Assembly (NCBI GenBank): GCA_964016885.1 | Contig: OZ024744.1 | Location: forward strand, 8,060,001 to 8,124,000 | Reading direction: 5' to 3' | Length of the DNA: 64,000 bases | Source: Eledone cirrhosa | Lineage: Eukaryota | Shown: one piece after another, positions 14,101 through 28,300 of the stretch | How positions within the stretch are numbered: position 1 is the first letter of the stretch | Layout: every line of letters starts with the position of its first letter | The notes under the pieces: model-generated | Told to the model about the DNA's origin: nothing | Database searches by the model: none | Seen by the model: the letters and a program-made list of their open reading frames with translations, nothing else | Made by a program: the position numbers and the translations under genes

Positions 14101-17100
14101 GTGGTTGATTGGTAGTATTGGTAGCGGTTGTGACACCATACTAGGGTGGTAGATAGGTAGTATTTGTAGAGGGTGTGATACCATACTAGGGTGGTGGATT
14201 GGTAGTATTGGTATAGGGTGTGACACCATACTAGAGTGGTAGATAGGTAGTATTGGTAGAGGGTGTGATACCTTACTAGGGTGGTGGATTGGTAGTATTG
14301 GTAGAGGGTGTTATACCATAATAGGGTGGTGGATTGACAGTACATGTAGAGGGTGTGATACCATACTAGTATGGTGGATTGGCAGTATAGGTAGAGGGTG
14401 TGACACAATACTAGGGTGGTGGATTGGTAGTATTGGTAGAGGGTGTGACACCATACTAGTGTGGTGGATTGGTAGTATTGGTAGAGAGTTTGAAACCATA
14501 CTAGGGTGGTAGATTTGTAGTATTGGTAGAGTGTGTGACACCATACTAGGGTGGTGGATTGGTAGTATTGGTAGAGGGTGTGACACCATACTAGGTTGGT
14601 GGATTGGTGGTATAGGTAGAGGGTGTAACACCATACTAGGGTGGTGGATTGCTAGTATAGGTAGAGGGTGTGACGCCAAATTATGGTTGTGGATTGGTAG
14701 TATAGGTAGAGGGTGTGACACAATACTAGTGTGGTGGATTGGTAGTATAGGTAGAGGGTGTGATACAATACTAGGGTGGTAGATAGGTAGTATTGGTAGA
14801 GTGTGTGACACCATACTAGGGTGGTGGATTGGTAGTATTGGTAGAGGGTGTGAGACCATACTAGGTTGGTGGATTGATAGTATAGGTAGAGGGTGTGACA
14901 CCATACTAGGGTGGTGGATTGGTAGTATTGGTATAGGGTGTGACACCATACTAGGGTGGTAGATAGGTAGTATTGGTAGAGGGTGTGATACCATACTAGG
15001 GTGGTGGATTGTTAGTATTGGTAGAGGGTGTGACACCATACTAGGGTGGTAGATTGGTAGCATTGGTAGAGGGTGTGACACCATACTAGGGTGGTGGATT
15101 GGCAGTATAGGTAGAGGGTGTGACACCATGTTAGGGTGGTAGATTGGTAGTATAGGTAGAGTGTGTGACAGCATACTAGGGTGGTGGATTGGTAGTATTG
15201 GTAGAGGGTGTGACACCATGTTAGGGTCGTGGATTGGTAGTATTGGTAGAGGGTGTGACACCATACTAGGGTGGTGGATTGGTAGTATACGTGGAGGGTG
15301 TGACACTATACTAGGGTGGTAGATTGGTAGTATTGGTAGAGGGTGTGACACCATACTTGGGTGGGGGATTGGCAGTATAGGTAGAGGGTGTGACACCATG
15401 TTAGCGTGGTAGATTGGTAGTATTGGTAGAGCGTGTGACACCATGTTAGGGTGGTGGATTGGTAGTATAGGTAGAGGGTGTGACACCATACTTGGGTGGT
15501 GGATTGGTAGTGTAGGTAGAGGGTGTGACACCATACTAGGGTGGTGGATTTTAAGTATAGGTAGAGGGGGTGACACCATACTAGGGTGGTAGATAGGTAG
15601 TATTGGTAGAGGGTGTGACACCATACTAGGGTGGTATATTGGTAGTATTGGTAGAGGGTGTGACACCATACTAGGGTGGTGGATTGGTAGTATAGGTAGA
15701 AGGTATGACACCATACTAGGGTGGTGGATTGGTAGTATTGGTAGAGGGTGTGACACCATGCTTGGGTGGTGCATTGGTAGTATAGGTAGAGGGTGTGACA
15801 CCATACTAGGGTGATAGATTGGTAGTATTGGTAGAGGGGGTGACACCATACTAGGGTGGTGGATTGGCAGTATAGGTAGAGGGTGTGACACCATGTTAGG
15901 GTGGTATATTGGTAGTATAGGTAGAGGGTGAGACAGCATACTAGGGTGGTGGATTGGGAGTATAGGTAGAGCGTGTGATACCATACTCGGGTGGTGGATT
16001 GGTAGTATTGGTAGAGGGTGTGACACCATACTAGGGTGGTAGATTGGTAGTTTAGGTAGAGGGTGTGACACCATGGTAGGGTGGTAGATTGGTAGTATTA
16101 GTAGAGGGTGTGACACCATACTAGGGTGGTGGATTAGTAGTATTGGCAGAGGGTGTGACACCATACTATGATGGTGGATTGGTAGTATTAGCAGAGGGTG
16201 TGACAACATACTAGGGTGGTGGATTGGCAGTATAGGTAGAGGGTGTGATACCATACTAAGGTGGTAGATTGGTAGTATAGGTAGAGGGTGTGACACCATA
16301 CTAGGGTGGTGGATTGCTAGTATAGGTAGAGGGTGTGACACCATACTAGGGTGGTAGAATGGTAGTATTGGTAGAGGGTGTGACACCATACTAGGGTGGT
16401 AGATTGGTAGTATAGGTAGAGGGTGTGATACCATACTAGGAAGGTGTATTGGTAGTATAGTTAGAGGGTGTGATACCATACTATGGTGGTGGATTGGTAG
16501 TATAGGTAGAGGGTTTGATACGATACTAGGGTGGTGTATTGGTAGTATAGGTAGAGGGTGTGACACCATACTAGGGTGGTAGATTGGTAGAATAGTTAGG
16601 GGGTGTGACACCATACTAGGGTGGTGGATTGGTAGTATTGGGAGAGGGTGTGACACCATACCAGGTGGTGGATTGGTAGTATAGGTAGAGGGTGTGACAA
16701 CATACTCGTGTGGTGGATTGGTAGTATTGGTAGAGAGTGCGACACCATACTAGGGTGGTGGATTGGTAGTATAGGTAGAGGGAGTGACACCATACTAGGG
16801 TGGTAGATTGGTAGTATTGTTAGAGTGTGTGACACCATACTAGGGTGGTGGATTGGTAGTATTGGTAGAGGGTGTGACACCATACTAGGTTGGTGGATTG
16901 ATAGTATAGGTAGAGGGTGTGACACCATACTAGGGTGGTGGATTGGTAGTATAGGTAGAGGGTGTGACACCATACTAGTGTGGTGGATTGGTAGTATAGG
17001 TAGAGGGTGTGACAGCATAATAGGGTGGTGGATTGACAGTATTGGTAGAGTGTGTGACACCATACTAGGGTGGTAGATAGGTAGTATTTGTAGACGGTGT

Positions 17101-19361
17101 GATACCATACTAGGGTGGTGGATTGGTAGTATTGGTAGAGGGTGTGACACCATACTAGGGTGGTGATTGGTAGTATTGGTAGAGGGTGTGATATCATACT
17201 AGGGTGGTGGATTGTTAGTATTGGTAGAGGGTGTGACACCATACTAGGGTGGTGGATTGGCAGTATAGGTAGAGGGTGTGACACCATGTTAGTGTGGTAG
17301 ATTGGTAGTATAGGTAGAGGGTGAGACAGCATACTAGGGTGGTGGATTGGTAGTATTGGTAGAGGGTGTGACACCATACTAGGGTGGTGGATTGGTAGTA
17401 TTGGTAGAGGGTGTGACACCATACTAGGGTGGTGGATTGGTAGTATAGTTAGAGGGTGTGACACCATGTTAGGCTGGCTGATTGGTAGAATTGGTAGAGG
17501 GTTTGACACCATGTTAGGATGGTGGATTGGTAGTTTGGGTAGAGGGTGTGACACCATACCAGGTGGTGGATTGGTAGTATAGGTAGAGGGTGTGACATCA
17601 TACTAGGGTGGTGGATTGGTAGTATAGGTAGAGGGTGTGACACCATACTAGGGTGGTGGATTGGTAGTATTGGTAGAGGGTGTGATACCATACTAGGGTG
17701 GTGTATTGGTAGTAATGGTAGAGGGTGTGATACCATACTAGGGTGGTGGACTGGTAGTATAGGTAGAGGGTGTGATACCACACTAGGGTGGTGGAGTGGT
17801 AGTATTGGGAGAGGGTGTGATACCATACTAGGGTGGTAGATTGGTAGTATAGTTAGAGGGTGTGACACCATACTAGCGTGGTAGATTGGTAGTATTGGTA
17901 GAGGGTGTGACACCATACCAGGTGGTGGATTGGTAGTATAGGTAGAGGGTGTGACACCATACTAGTGTGGTGTATTGGTAGTATTGGTAGAGGGTGCGAC
18001 ACCATACTAGGGTGGTGGATTGGTAGTATAGGTAGAGGGAGTGACACCATACTAGGGTGGTAGATTGGTAGTATTGGTAGAGTGTGTGACACCATACTAG
18101 GGCGGTGCGTTGGCAGTATAGGTAGAGGGTGTGACACCATACTAGTATGGTGGATTGGTAGTATAGGTAGAGGGTGTGATCCCATACTAGGTTGGTGGAT
18201 TGGTAGTATAGGTAGAGGGTGTGACACCATACCAGGTGGTGGATTGGTAGTGTAAGTAGAGGGTGTGACACCATACTAGGGTGGTTGATTGGTAGTATTG
18301 GTAGCGGTTGTGACACCATACTAGGGTGGTAGATAGGTAGTATTTGTAGAGGGTGTGATACCATACTAGGGTGGTGGATTGGTAGTATTGGTATAGGGTG
18401 TGACACCATACTAGCGTGGTAGATAGGTAGTATTGGTAGAGGGTGTGATACCTTACTAGGGTGGTGGATTGGTAGTATTGGTAGAGGGTGTTATACCATA
18501 ATAGGGTGGTGGATTGACAGTACATGTAGAGGGTGTGATACCATACTAGTATGGTGGATTGGCAGTATAGGTAGAGGGTGTGACACAATACTAGGGTGGT
18601 GGATTGGTAGTATTGGTAGAGGGTGTGACACCATACTAGTGTGGTGGATTGGTAGTATTGGTAGAGAGTTTGAAACCATACTAGGGTGGTAGATTTGTAG
18701 TATTGGTAGAGTGTGTGACACCATACTAGGGTGGTGGATTGGTAGTATTGGTAGAGGGTGTGACACCATACTAGGTTGGTGGATTGGTGGTATAGGTAGA
18801 GGGTGTAACACCATACTAGGGTGGTGGATTGCTAGTATAGGTAGAGGGTGTGACGCCAAATTATGGTTGTGGATTGGTAGTATAGGTAGAGGGTGTGACA
18901 CAATACTAGTGTGGTGGATTGGTAGTATAGGTAGAGGGTGTGATACAATACTAGGGTGGTAGATAGGTAGTATTGGTAGAGTGTGTGACACCATACTAGG
19001 GTGGTGGATTGGTAGTATTGGTAGAGGGTGTGAGACCATACTAGGTTGGTGGATTGATAGTATAGGTAGAGGGTGTGACACCATACTAGGGTGGTGGATT
19101 GGTAGTATTGGTATAGGGTGTGACACCATACTAGGGTGGTAGATAGGTAGTATTGGTAGAGGGTGTGATACCATACTAGGGTGGTGGATTGTTAGTATTG
19201 GTAGAGGGTGTGACACCATACTAGGGTGGTAGATTGGTAGCATTGGTAGAGGGTGTGACACCATACTAGGGTGGTGGATTGGCAGTATAGGTAGAGGGTG
19301 TGACACCATGTTAGGGTGGTAGATTGGTAGTATAGGTAGAGTGTGTGACAGCATACTAGGG
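7937..19361. repeat. Higher-order duplication of a 4180-bp unit (93 monomers minus 5 bp); the first copy carries the internal 3055-bp duplication (A-B-B-C / A-B-C)
   Basis: ORFs recur at offset 4180: 12416/16596, 14007/18187, 14531/18711. Block A (TTAGGGTCGTGG at ~7986) recurs at +7235 = 4180+3055 (~15221). A few substitutions separate the copies (near 15686, 16052, 16402, 18415). The match ends at 15182/19362. Confidence 0.88.
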
Positions 19362-22300
19362 AGGTGGATTGGTAGTATAGGTAGAGGGTGTGATACCATA
19401 CTCGGGTGGTAGATTGGTAGAATTGGTAGAGGGTGTGACACCATACTAGGGTGGTGGATTGACAGTATAGGTAGAGGGTGTGATACCATACTAAGGTGGT
19501 AGATTGGTAGTATAGTTAGAGGGTGTGACACAATACTAGGATGGTGGATTGCTAGTATAGGTAGAGGGTGTGACACCATGTTAGGGTGGTGGATTGGTAG
19601 TATTGGTAGAGGGTGTGACACCATAATAGGGAGGTGGATTGGTAGTATAGGTAGAGGGTGTGACACCATACTAGGGTGGTAGATTGGTAGTATAGGTAGA
19701 GGGTGTGACACCATGTTAGGGTGGTGGATTGGCAGTATTTGTAGAGGGTGTGACACCATGTTAGGGTGGTGGATTGGTAGTATTGGTAGAGAGTGTGATA
19801 CCATAATAGGGTGGTGGATTGACAGTATAGGTAGAGGGTGTGACACCATACTAGGGCGGTGGGTTGGCAGTATAGGTAGAGGGTGTGACACCATACTAGT
19901 ATGGTGGATTGGCAGTATAGGTAGAGGGTGTGATACCATACTAGTATGGTGGATTGGTAGTATAGGTAGAGGGTGTGATCCCATACTAGGTTGGTGGATT
20001 GGTAGTATAGGTAGAGGGTGTGACACCATACCAGGTGGTGGATTGGTAGTGTAGGTAGAGGGTGTGACACCATACTAGGGTGGTAGATAGGTAGTATTCG
20101 TAGAGGGTGTGATACCACACTAGGGTGGTGTATTGGTAGTATAGGTAGAGGGTGTGACACCATACTAGGGTGGTAGATTGGTAGTATAGTTAGAAGGTGT
20201 GACACCATACTAGGGTGGTGGAGTGGTAGTATTGGGAGAGGGTGTGATACCATACTAGGGTGGTAGATTGGTAGTATAGTTAGAGGGTGTGACACCATAC
20301 TAGGGTGGTAGATTGGTAGTATTGGTAGAGGGTGTGACACCATACCAGGTGGTGGATTGGTAGTATAGGTAGAGGGTGTGACACCATACTAGTGTGGTGG
20401 ATTGGTAGTATTGGTAGAGGGTGCGACACCATACTAGGGTGGTGGATTGGTAGTATAGGTAGAGGGAGTGACACCATACTAGGGTGGTAGATTGGTAGTA
20501 TTGGTAGAGTGTGTGACACCATACTAGGGCGGTGGGTTGGCAGTATAGGTAGAGGGTGTGACACCATACTAGTATGGTGGATTGGCAGTATAGGTAGAGG
20601 GTGTGACACCATACTAGTATGGTGGATTGGTAGTATAGTTAGAGGGTGTGATCCCATACTAGGTTGGTGGATTGGTAGTATAGATAGAGGGTGTGACACC
20701 ATACCAGGTGGTGGATTGGTAGTGTAGGTAGAGGGTGTGACACCATACTAGGGTGGTGGATTGGTAGTATTGGTAGCGGTTGTGACACCATACTAGGGTG
20801 GTAGATAGGTAGTATTTGTAGAGGGTGTGATACCATACTAGGTTGGTGGATTGGTAGTATTGGTATAGGGTGTGACACCATACTAGCGTGGTAGATAGGT
20901 AGTATTGGTAGAGGGTGTGATACCTTACTTGGGTGGTGGATTGGTAGTATTGGTAGAGGGTGTGATACCATTATAGGGTGGTGGATTGACAGTATATGTA
21001 GAGGGTGTGATACCATACTAGTATGGTGGATTGGCAGTATAGGTAGAGGGTGTGACACAATACTAGGGTGGTGGATTGGTAGTATTGGTAGAGGATGTGA
21101 CACCATACTAGTGTGGTGGATTGGTAGTATTGGTAGAGAGTGTGACACCATACTAGGGTGGTAGATTGGTAGTATTGGTAGAGTGTGTGACACCATACTA
21201 GGGTGGTGGATTGGTAGTATTGGTAGAGGGTGTGACACCATACTAGGTTGGTGGATTGGTAGTATAGGTAGAGGGTGTGACACCATACTAGGGTGGTGGA
21301 TTGCTAGTATAGGTAGAGGGTGTGACGCCAAACTATGGTAGTGGATTGGTAGTATAAGTAGAGGGTGTGACACAATACTAGTGTGGTGGATTGGTAGTAT
21401 AGGTAGATTGTGTGACACCATACTAGGGTGGTGGATTGGTAGTATTGGTAGAGGGTGTGACACCATACTAGGTTGGTGGATTGATAGTATAGGTAGAGGG
21501 TGTGACACCATACTAGGGTGGTGGATTGGCAGTATAGGTAGAGGGTGTGACACCATGTTAGGGTGGTAGATTGGTAGTATAGGTAGAGTGTGTGACAGCA
21601 TACTAGGGAGGTGGATTGGTAGTATAGGTAGAGGGTGTGATACCATACTCGGGTGGTGGATTGGTAGTATTGGTAGAGGGTGTGACACCATACTAGGGTG
21701 GTAGATTGGTAGTATAGGTAGAGGGTGTGACACCATGGTAGGGTGGTAGATTGGTAGTATTAGTAGAGGGTGTGACACCATACTAGGGTGGTGGATTGGT
21801 AGTATTGGTAGAGGGTGTGACACCATACTATGTTGGTGGATTGGTAGTATTGGCAGAGGGTGTGACACGATACTAGGCTGGTGGATTGACAGTATAGGTA
21901 GAGGGTGTGATACCATACTAAGGTGGTAGATTGGTAGTATAGTTAGAGGGTGTGACACAATACTAGGATGGTGGATTGCTAGTATAGGTAGAGGGTGTGA
22001 CACCATGTTAGGGTGGTGGATTGGTAGTATTGGTAGAGGGTGTGACACCATACTAGGGTGGTGGATTGGTAGTGTAGGTAGAGGGTGTGACACCATACTA
22101 GGGTGGTGGATTGGTAGTATTGGTAGCGGTTGTGACACCATACTAGGGTGGTAGATAGGTAGTATTTGTAGAGGGTGTGATACCATACTAGGGTGGTGGA
22201 TTGGTAGTATTGGTATAGGGTGTGACACCATACTAGGGTGGTGGATTGGTAGTATTGGTAGAGGGTGTGATACCATAATAGGATGGTAGATTGACAGTAT

Positions 22301-25300
22301 ATGTAGAGGGTGTGACACCATACTAGTATGGTGGATTGGCAGTATAGGTAGAGGGTGTGACACCATACTAGGGTGGTGTATTGGTAGAGGGTGTGACACA
22401 ATACTAGGGTGGTGGATGGTAGTATTGGTAGAGTGTGTGAAACCATGTTAGGGTGGTGGATTGGTAGTATTGGTAGAGCGTGTGACACCATGTTAGGGTG
22501 GTGGATTGGTAGTATAGGTAGAGGGTGTGACACCATAACAGGTGGTGGATTGGTAGTATAGGTAGAGGGTGTGACATAATACTAGGGTGGTGGATTGGTA
22601 GTATAAGTAGAGGGTGTGGCACCATACAAGGGTGGTGGATTGGTAGTATAGGTAGAGGGTGTGACACCATACTAGGGTGGTAGAATGGTAGTATTGGTAG
22701 AGGGTGTGACACCATACTAGAGTGGTAGATTGGTAGTATAGGTAGAGGGTGTGATACCATACTAGGGTGGTGTATTGGTAGTATAGGTAGAGGGTGTGAC
22801 ACCATACTAGTGTGGTGGATTGGTAGTATTGGTAGAGGGTGTGACACCATACTAGGGTGGTGGATTTTTAGTATTGGTAGAGGGTGCGACACCATACTAG
22901 GGTGGTGGATTGGCAGTATAGGTAGAGGGGTTGACACCATACTAGGGTGGTAGATTGGTAGTATAGTTAGAGGGTGTGACACCAAACTAGGGTGGTGGAT
23001 TGGTAGTATAGGTAGAGGGTGTGACACCATACTTGGGTGGTGGATTGGTAGTGTAGGTAGAGGGTGTGACACCATACTAGGGTGGTGGATTTTAAGTATA
23101 GGTAGAGGGGGTGACACCATACTAGGGTGGTAGATAGGTAGTATTGGTAGAGGGTGTGACACCATACTAGGGTGGTATATTGGTAGTATTGGTAGAGGGT
23201 GTGACACCATACTAGGGTGGTGGATTAGTAGTATAGGTAGAAGGTATGACACCATACTAGGGTGGTGGATTGGTAGTATTGGTAGAGGGTGTGACACCAT
23301 GCTTGGGTGGTGCATTGGTAGTATAGGTAGAGGGTGTGACACCATACTAGGGTGATAGATTGGTAGTATTGGTAGAGGGGGTGACACCATACTAGGGTGG
23401 TGGATTGGCAGTATAGGTAGAGGGTGTGACACCATGTTAGGGTGGTATATTGGTAGTATAGGTAGAGGGTGAGACAGCATACTAGGGTGGTGGATTGGGA
23501 GTATAGGTAGAGCGTGTGATACCATACTCGGGTGGTGGATTGGTAGTATTGGTAGAGGGTGTGACACCATACTAGGGTGGTAGATTGGTAGTATAGGTAG
23601 AGGGTGTGACACCATGGTAGGGTGGTAGATTGGTAGTATTAGTAGAGGGTGTGACACCATACTAGGGTGGTGGATTAGTAGTATTGGCAGAGGGTGTGAC
23701 ACCATACTATGATGGTGGATTGGTAGTATTAGCAGAGGGTGTGACAACATACTAGGGTGGTGGATTGGCAGTATAGGTAGAGGGTGTGATACCATACTAA
23801 GGTGGTAGATTGGTAGTATAGGTAGAGGGTGTGACACCATACTAGGGTGGTGGATTGCTAGTATAGGTAGAGGGTGTGACACCATACTAGGGTGGTAGAA
23901 TGGTAGTATTGGTAGAGGGTGTGACACCATACTAGGGTGGTACATTGGTAGTATAGGTAGAGGGTGTGATACCATACTAGGAAGGTGTATTGGTAGTATA
24001 GTTAGAGGGTGTGATACCATACTATGGTGGTGGATTGGTAGTATAGGTAGAGGGTTTGATACGATACTAGGGTGGTGTATTGGTAGTATAGGTAGAGGGT
24101 GTGACACCATACTAGGGTGGTAGATTGGTAGAATAGTTAGGGGGTGTGACACCATACTAGGGTGGTGGATTGGTAGTATTGGGAGAGGGTGTGACACCAT
24201 ACCAGGTGGTGGATTGGTAGTATAGGTAGAGGGTGTGACAACATACTCGTGTGGTGGATTGGTAGTATTGGTAGAGAGTGCGACACCATACTAGGGTGGT
24301 GGATTGGTAGTATAGGTAGAGGGAGTGACACCATACTAGGGTGGTAGATTGGTAGTATTGTTAGAGTGTGTGACACCATACTAGGGTGGTGGATTGGTAG
24401 TATTGGTAGAGGGTGTGACACCATACTAGGTTGGTGGATTGATAGTATAGGTAGAGGGTGTGACACCATACTAGGGTGGTGGATTGGTAGTATAGGTAGA
24501 GGGTGTGACACCATACTAGTGTGGTGGATTGGTAGTATAGGTAGAGGGTGTGACAGCATAATAGGGTGGTGGATTGACAGTATTGGTAGAGTGTGTGACA
24601 CCATACTAGGGTGGTAGATAGGTAGTATTTGTAGACGGTGTGATACCATACTAGGGTGGTGGATTGGTAGTATTGGTAGAGGGTGTGACACCATACTAGG
24701 GTGGTGATTGGTAGTATTGGTAGAGGGTGTGATATCATACTAGGGTGGTGGATTGTTAGTATTGGTAGAGGGTGTGACACCATACTAGGGTGGTGGATTG
24801 GCAGTATAGGTAGAGGGTGTGACACCATGTTAGTGTGGTAGATTGGTAGTATAGGTAGAGGGTGAGACAGCATACTAGGGTGGTGGATTGGTAGTATTGG
24901 TAGAGGGTGTGACACCATACTAGGGTGGTGGATTGGTAGTATTGGTAGAGGGTGTGACACCATACTAGGGTGGTGGATTGGTAGTATAGTTAGAGGGTGT
25001 GACACCATGTTAGGCTGGCTGATTGGTAGAATTGGTAGAGGGTTTGACACCATGTTAGGATGGTGGATTGGTAGTTTGGGTAGAGGGTGTGACACCATAC
25101 CAGGTGGTGGATTGGTAGTATAGGTAGAGGGTGTGACATCATACTAGGGTGGTGGATTGGTAGTATAGGTAGAGGGTGTGACACCATACTAGGGTGGTGG
25201 ATTGGTAGTATTGGTAGAGGGTGTGATACCATACTAGGGTGGTGTATTGGTAGTAATGGTAGAGGGTGTGATACCATACTAGGGTGGTGGACTGGTAGTA

Positions 25301-28300
25301 TAGGTAGAGGGTGTGATACCACACTAGGGTGGTGGAGTGGTAGTATTGGGAGAGGGTGTGATACCATACTAGGGTGGTAGATTGGTAGTATAGTTAGAGG
25401 GTGTGACACCATACTAGCGTGGTAGATTGGTAGTATTGGTAGAGGGTGTGACACCATACCAGGTGGTGGATTGGTAGTATAGGTAGAGGGTGTGACACCA
25501 TACTAGTGTGGTGTATTGGTAGTATTGGTAGAGGGTGCGACACCATACTAGGGTGGTGGATTGGTAGTATAGGTAGAGGGAGTGACACCATACTAGGGTG
25601 GTAGATTGGTAGTATTGGTAGAGTGTGTGACACCATACTAGGGCGGTGCGTTGGCAGTATAGGTAGAGGGTGTGACACCATACTAGTATGGTGGATTGGT
25701 AGTATAGGTAGAGGGTGTGATCCCATACTAGGTTGGTGGATTGGTAGTATAGGTAGAGGGTGTGACACCATACCAGGTGGTGGATTGGTAGTGTAAGTAG
25801 AGGGTGTGACACCATACTAGGGTGGTTGATTGGTAGTATTGGTAGCGGTTGTGACACCATACTAGGGTGGTAGATAGGTAGTATTTGTAGAGGGTGTGAT
25901 ACCATACTAGGGTGGTGGATTGGTAGTATTGGTATAGGGTGTGACACCATACTAGAGTGGTAGATAGGTAGTATTGGTAGAGGGTGTGATACCTTACTAG
26001 GGTGGTGGATTGGTAGTATTGGTAGAGGGTGTTATACCATAATAGGGTGGTGGATTGACAGTACATGTAGAGGGTGTGATACCATACTAGTATGGTGGAT
26101 TGGCAGTATAGGTAGAGGGTGTGACACAATACTAGGGTGGTGGATTGGTAGTATTGGTAGAGGGTGTGACACCATACTAGTGTGGTGGATTGGTAGTATT
26201 GGTAGAGGGTGTGACACCATACTAGGGTGGTATATTGGTAGTATTGGTAGAGGGTGTGACACCATACTAGGGTGGTGGATTAGTAGTATAGGTAGAAGGT
26301 ATGACACCATACTAGGGTGGTGGATTGGTAGTATTGGTAGAGGGTGTGACACCATGCTTGGGTGGTGCATTGGTAGTATAGGTAGAGGGTGTGACACCAT
26401 ACTAGGGTGATAGATTGGTAGTATTGGTAGAGGGGGTGACACCATACTAGGGTGGTGGATTGGCAGTATAGGTAGAGGGTGTGACACCATGTTAGGGTGG
26501 TATATTGGTAGTATAGGTAGAGGGTGAGACAGCATACTAGGGTGGTGGATTGGGAGTATAGGTAGAGCGTGTGATACCATACTCGGGTGGTGGATTGGTA
26601 GTATTGGTAGAGGGTGTGACACCATACTAGGGTGGTAGATTGGTAGTATAGGTAGAGGGTGTGACACCATGGTAGGGTGGTAGATTGGTAGTATTAGTAG
26701 AGGGTGTGACACCATACTAGGGTGGTGGATTAGTAGTATTGGCAGAGGGTGTGACACCATACTATGATGGTGGATTGGTAGTATTAGCAGAGGGTGTGAC
26801 AACATACTAGGGTGGTGGATTGGCAGTATAGGTAGAGGGTGTGATACCATACTAAGGTGGTAGATTGGTAGTATAGGTAGAGGGTGTGACACCATACTAG
26901 GGTGGTGGATTGCTAGTATAGGTAGAGGGTGTGACACCATACTAGGGTGGTAGAATGGTAGTATTGGTAGAGGGTGTGACACCATACTAGGGTGGTACAT
27001 TGGTAGTATAGGTAGAGGGTGTGATACCATACTAGGAAGGTGTATTGGTAGTATAGTTAGAGGGTGTGATACCATACTATGGTGGTGGATTGGTAGTATA
27101 GGTAGAGGGTTTGATACGATACTAGGGTGGTGTATTGGTAGTATAGGTAGAGGGTGTGACACCATACTAGGGTGGTAGATTGGTAGAATAGTTAGGGGGT
27201 GTGACACCATACTAGGGTGGTGGATTGGTAGTATTGGGAGAGGGTGTGACACCATACCAGGTGGTGGATTGGTAGTATAGGTAGAGGGTGTGACAACATA
27301 CTCGTGTGGTGGATTGGTAGTATTGGTAGAGAGTGCGACACCATACTAGGGTGGTGGATTGGTAGTATAGGTAGAGGGAGTGACACCATACTAGGGTGGT
27401 AGATTGGTAGTATTGTTAGAGTGTGTGACACCATACTAGGGTGGTGGATTGGTAGTATTGGTAGAGGGTGTGACACCATACTAGGTTGGTGGATTGATAG
27501 TATAGGTAGAGGGTGTGACACCATACTAGGGTGGTGGATTGGTAGTATAGGTAGAGGGTGTGACACCATACTAGTGTGGTGGATTGGTAGTATAGGTAGA
27601 GGGTGTGACAGCATAATAGGGTGGTGGATTGACAGTATTGGTAGAGTGTGTGACACCATACTAGGGTGGTAGATAGGTAGTATTTGTAGACGGTGTGATA
27701 CCATACTAGGGTGGTGGATTGGTAGTATTGGTAGAGGGTGTGACACCATACTAGGGTGGTGATTGGTAGTATTGGTAGAGGGTGTGATATCATACTAGGG
27801 TGGTGGATTGTTAGTATTGGTAGAGGGTGTGACACCATACTAGGGTGGTGGATTGGCAGTATAGGTAGAGGGTGTGACACCATGTTAGTGTGGTAGATTG
27901 GTAGTATAGGTAGAGGGTGAGACAGCATACTAGGGTGGTGGATTGGTAGTATTGGTAGAGGGTGTGACACCATACTAGGGTGGTGGATTGGTAGTATTGG
28001 TAGAGGGTGTGACACCATACTAGGGTGGTGGATTGGTAGTATAGTTAGAGGGTGTGACACCATGTTAGGCTGGCTGATTGGTAGAATTGGTAGAGGGTTT
28101 GACACCATGTTAGGATGGTGGATTGGTAGTTTGGGTAGAGGGTGTGACACCATACCAGGTGGTGGATTGGTAGTATAGGTAGAGGGTGTGACATCATACT
28201 AGGGTGGTGGATTGGTAGTATAGGTAGAGGGTGTGACACCATACTAGGGTGGTGGATTGGTAGTATTGGTAGAGGGTGTGATACCATACTAGGGTGGTGT

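Noticed and set aside
21877-21884. E. coli Chi site GCTGGTGG (also ~36653, ~37947, ~46310, ~53812)
   Set aside because: It is a one-base variant of the consensus GGTGGTGG. Nothing indicates a bacterial context, so the match is expected by chance.
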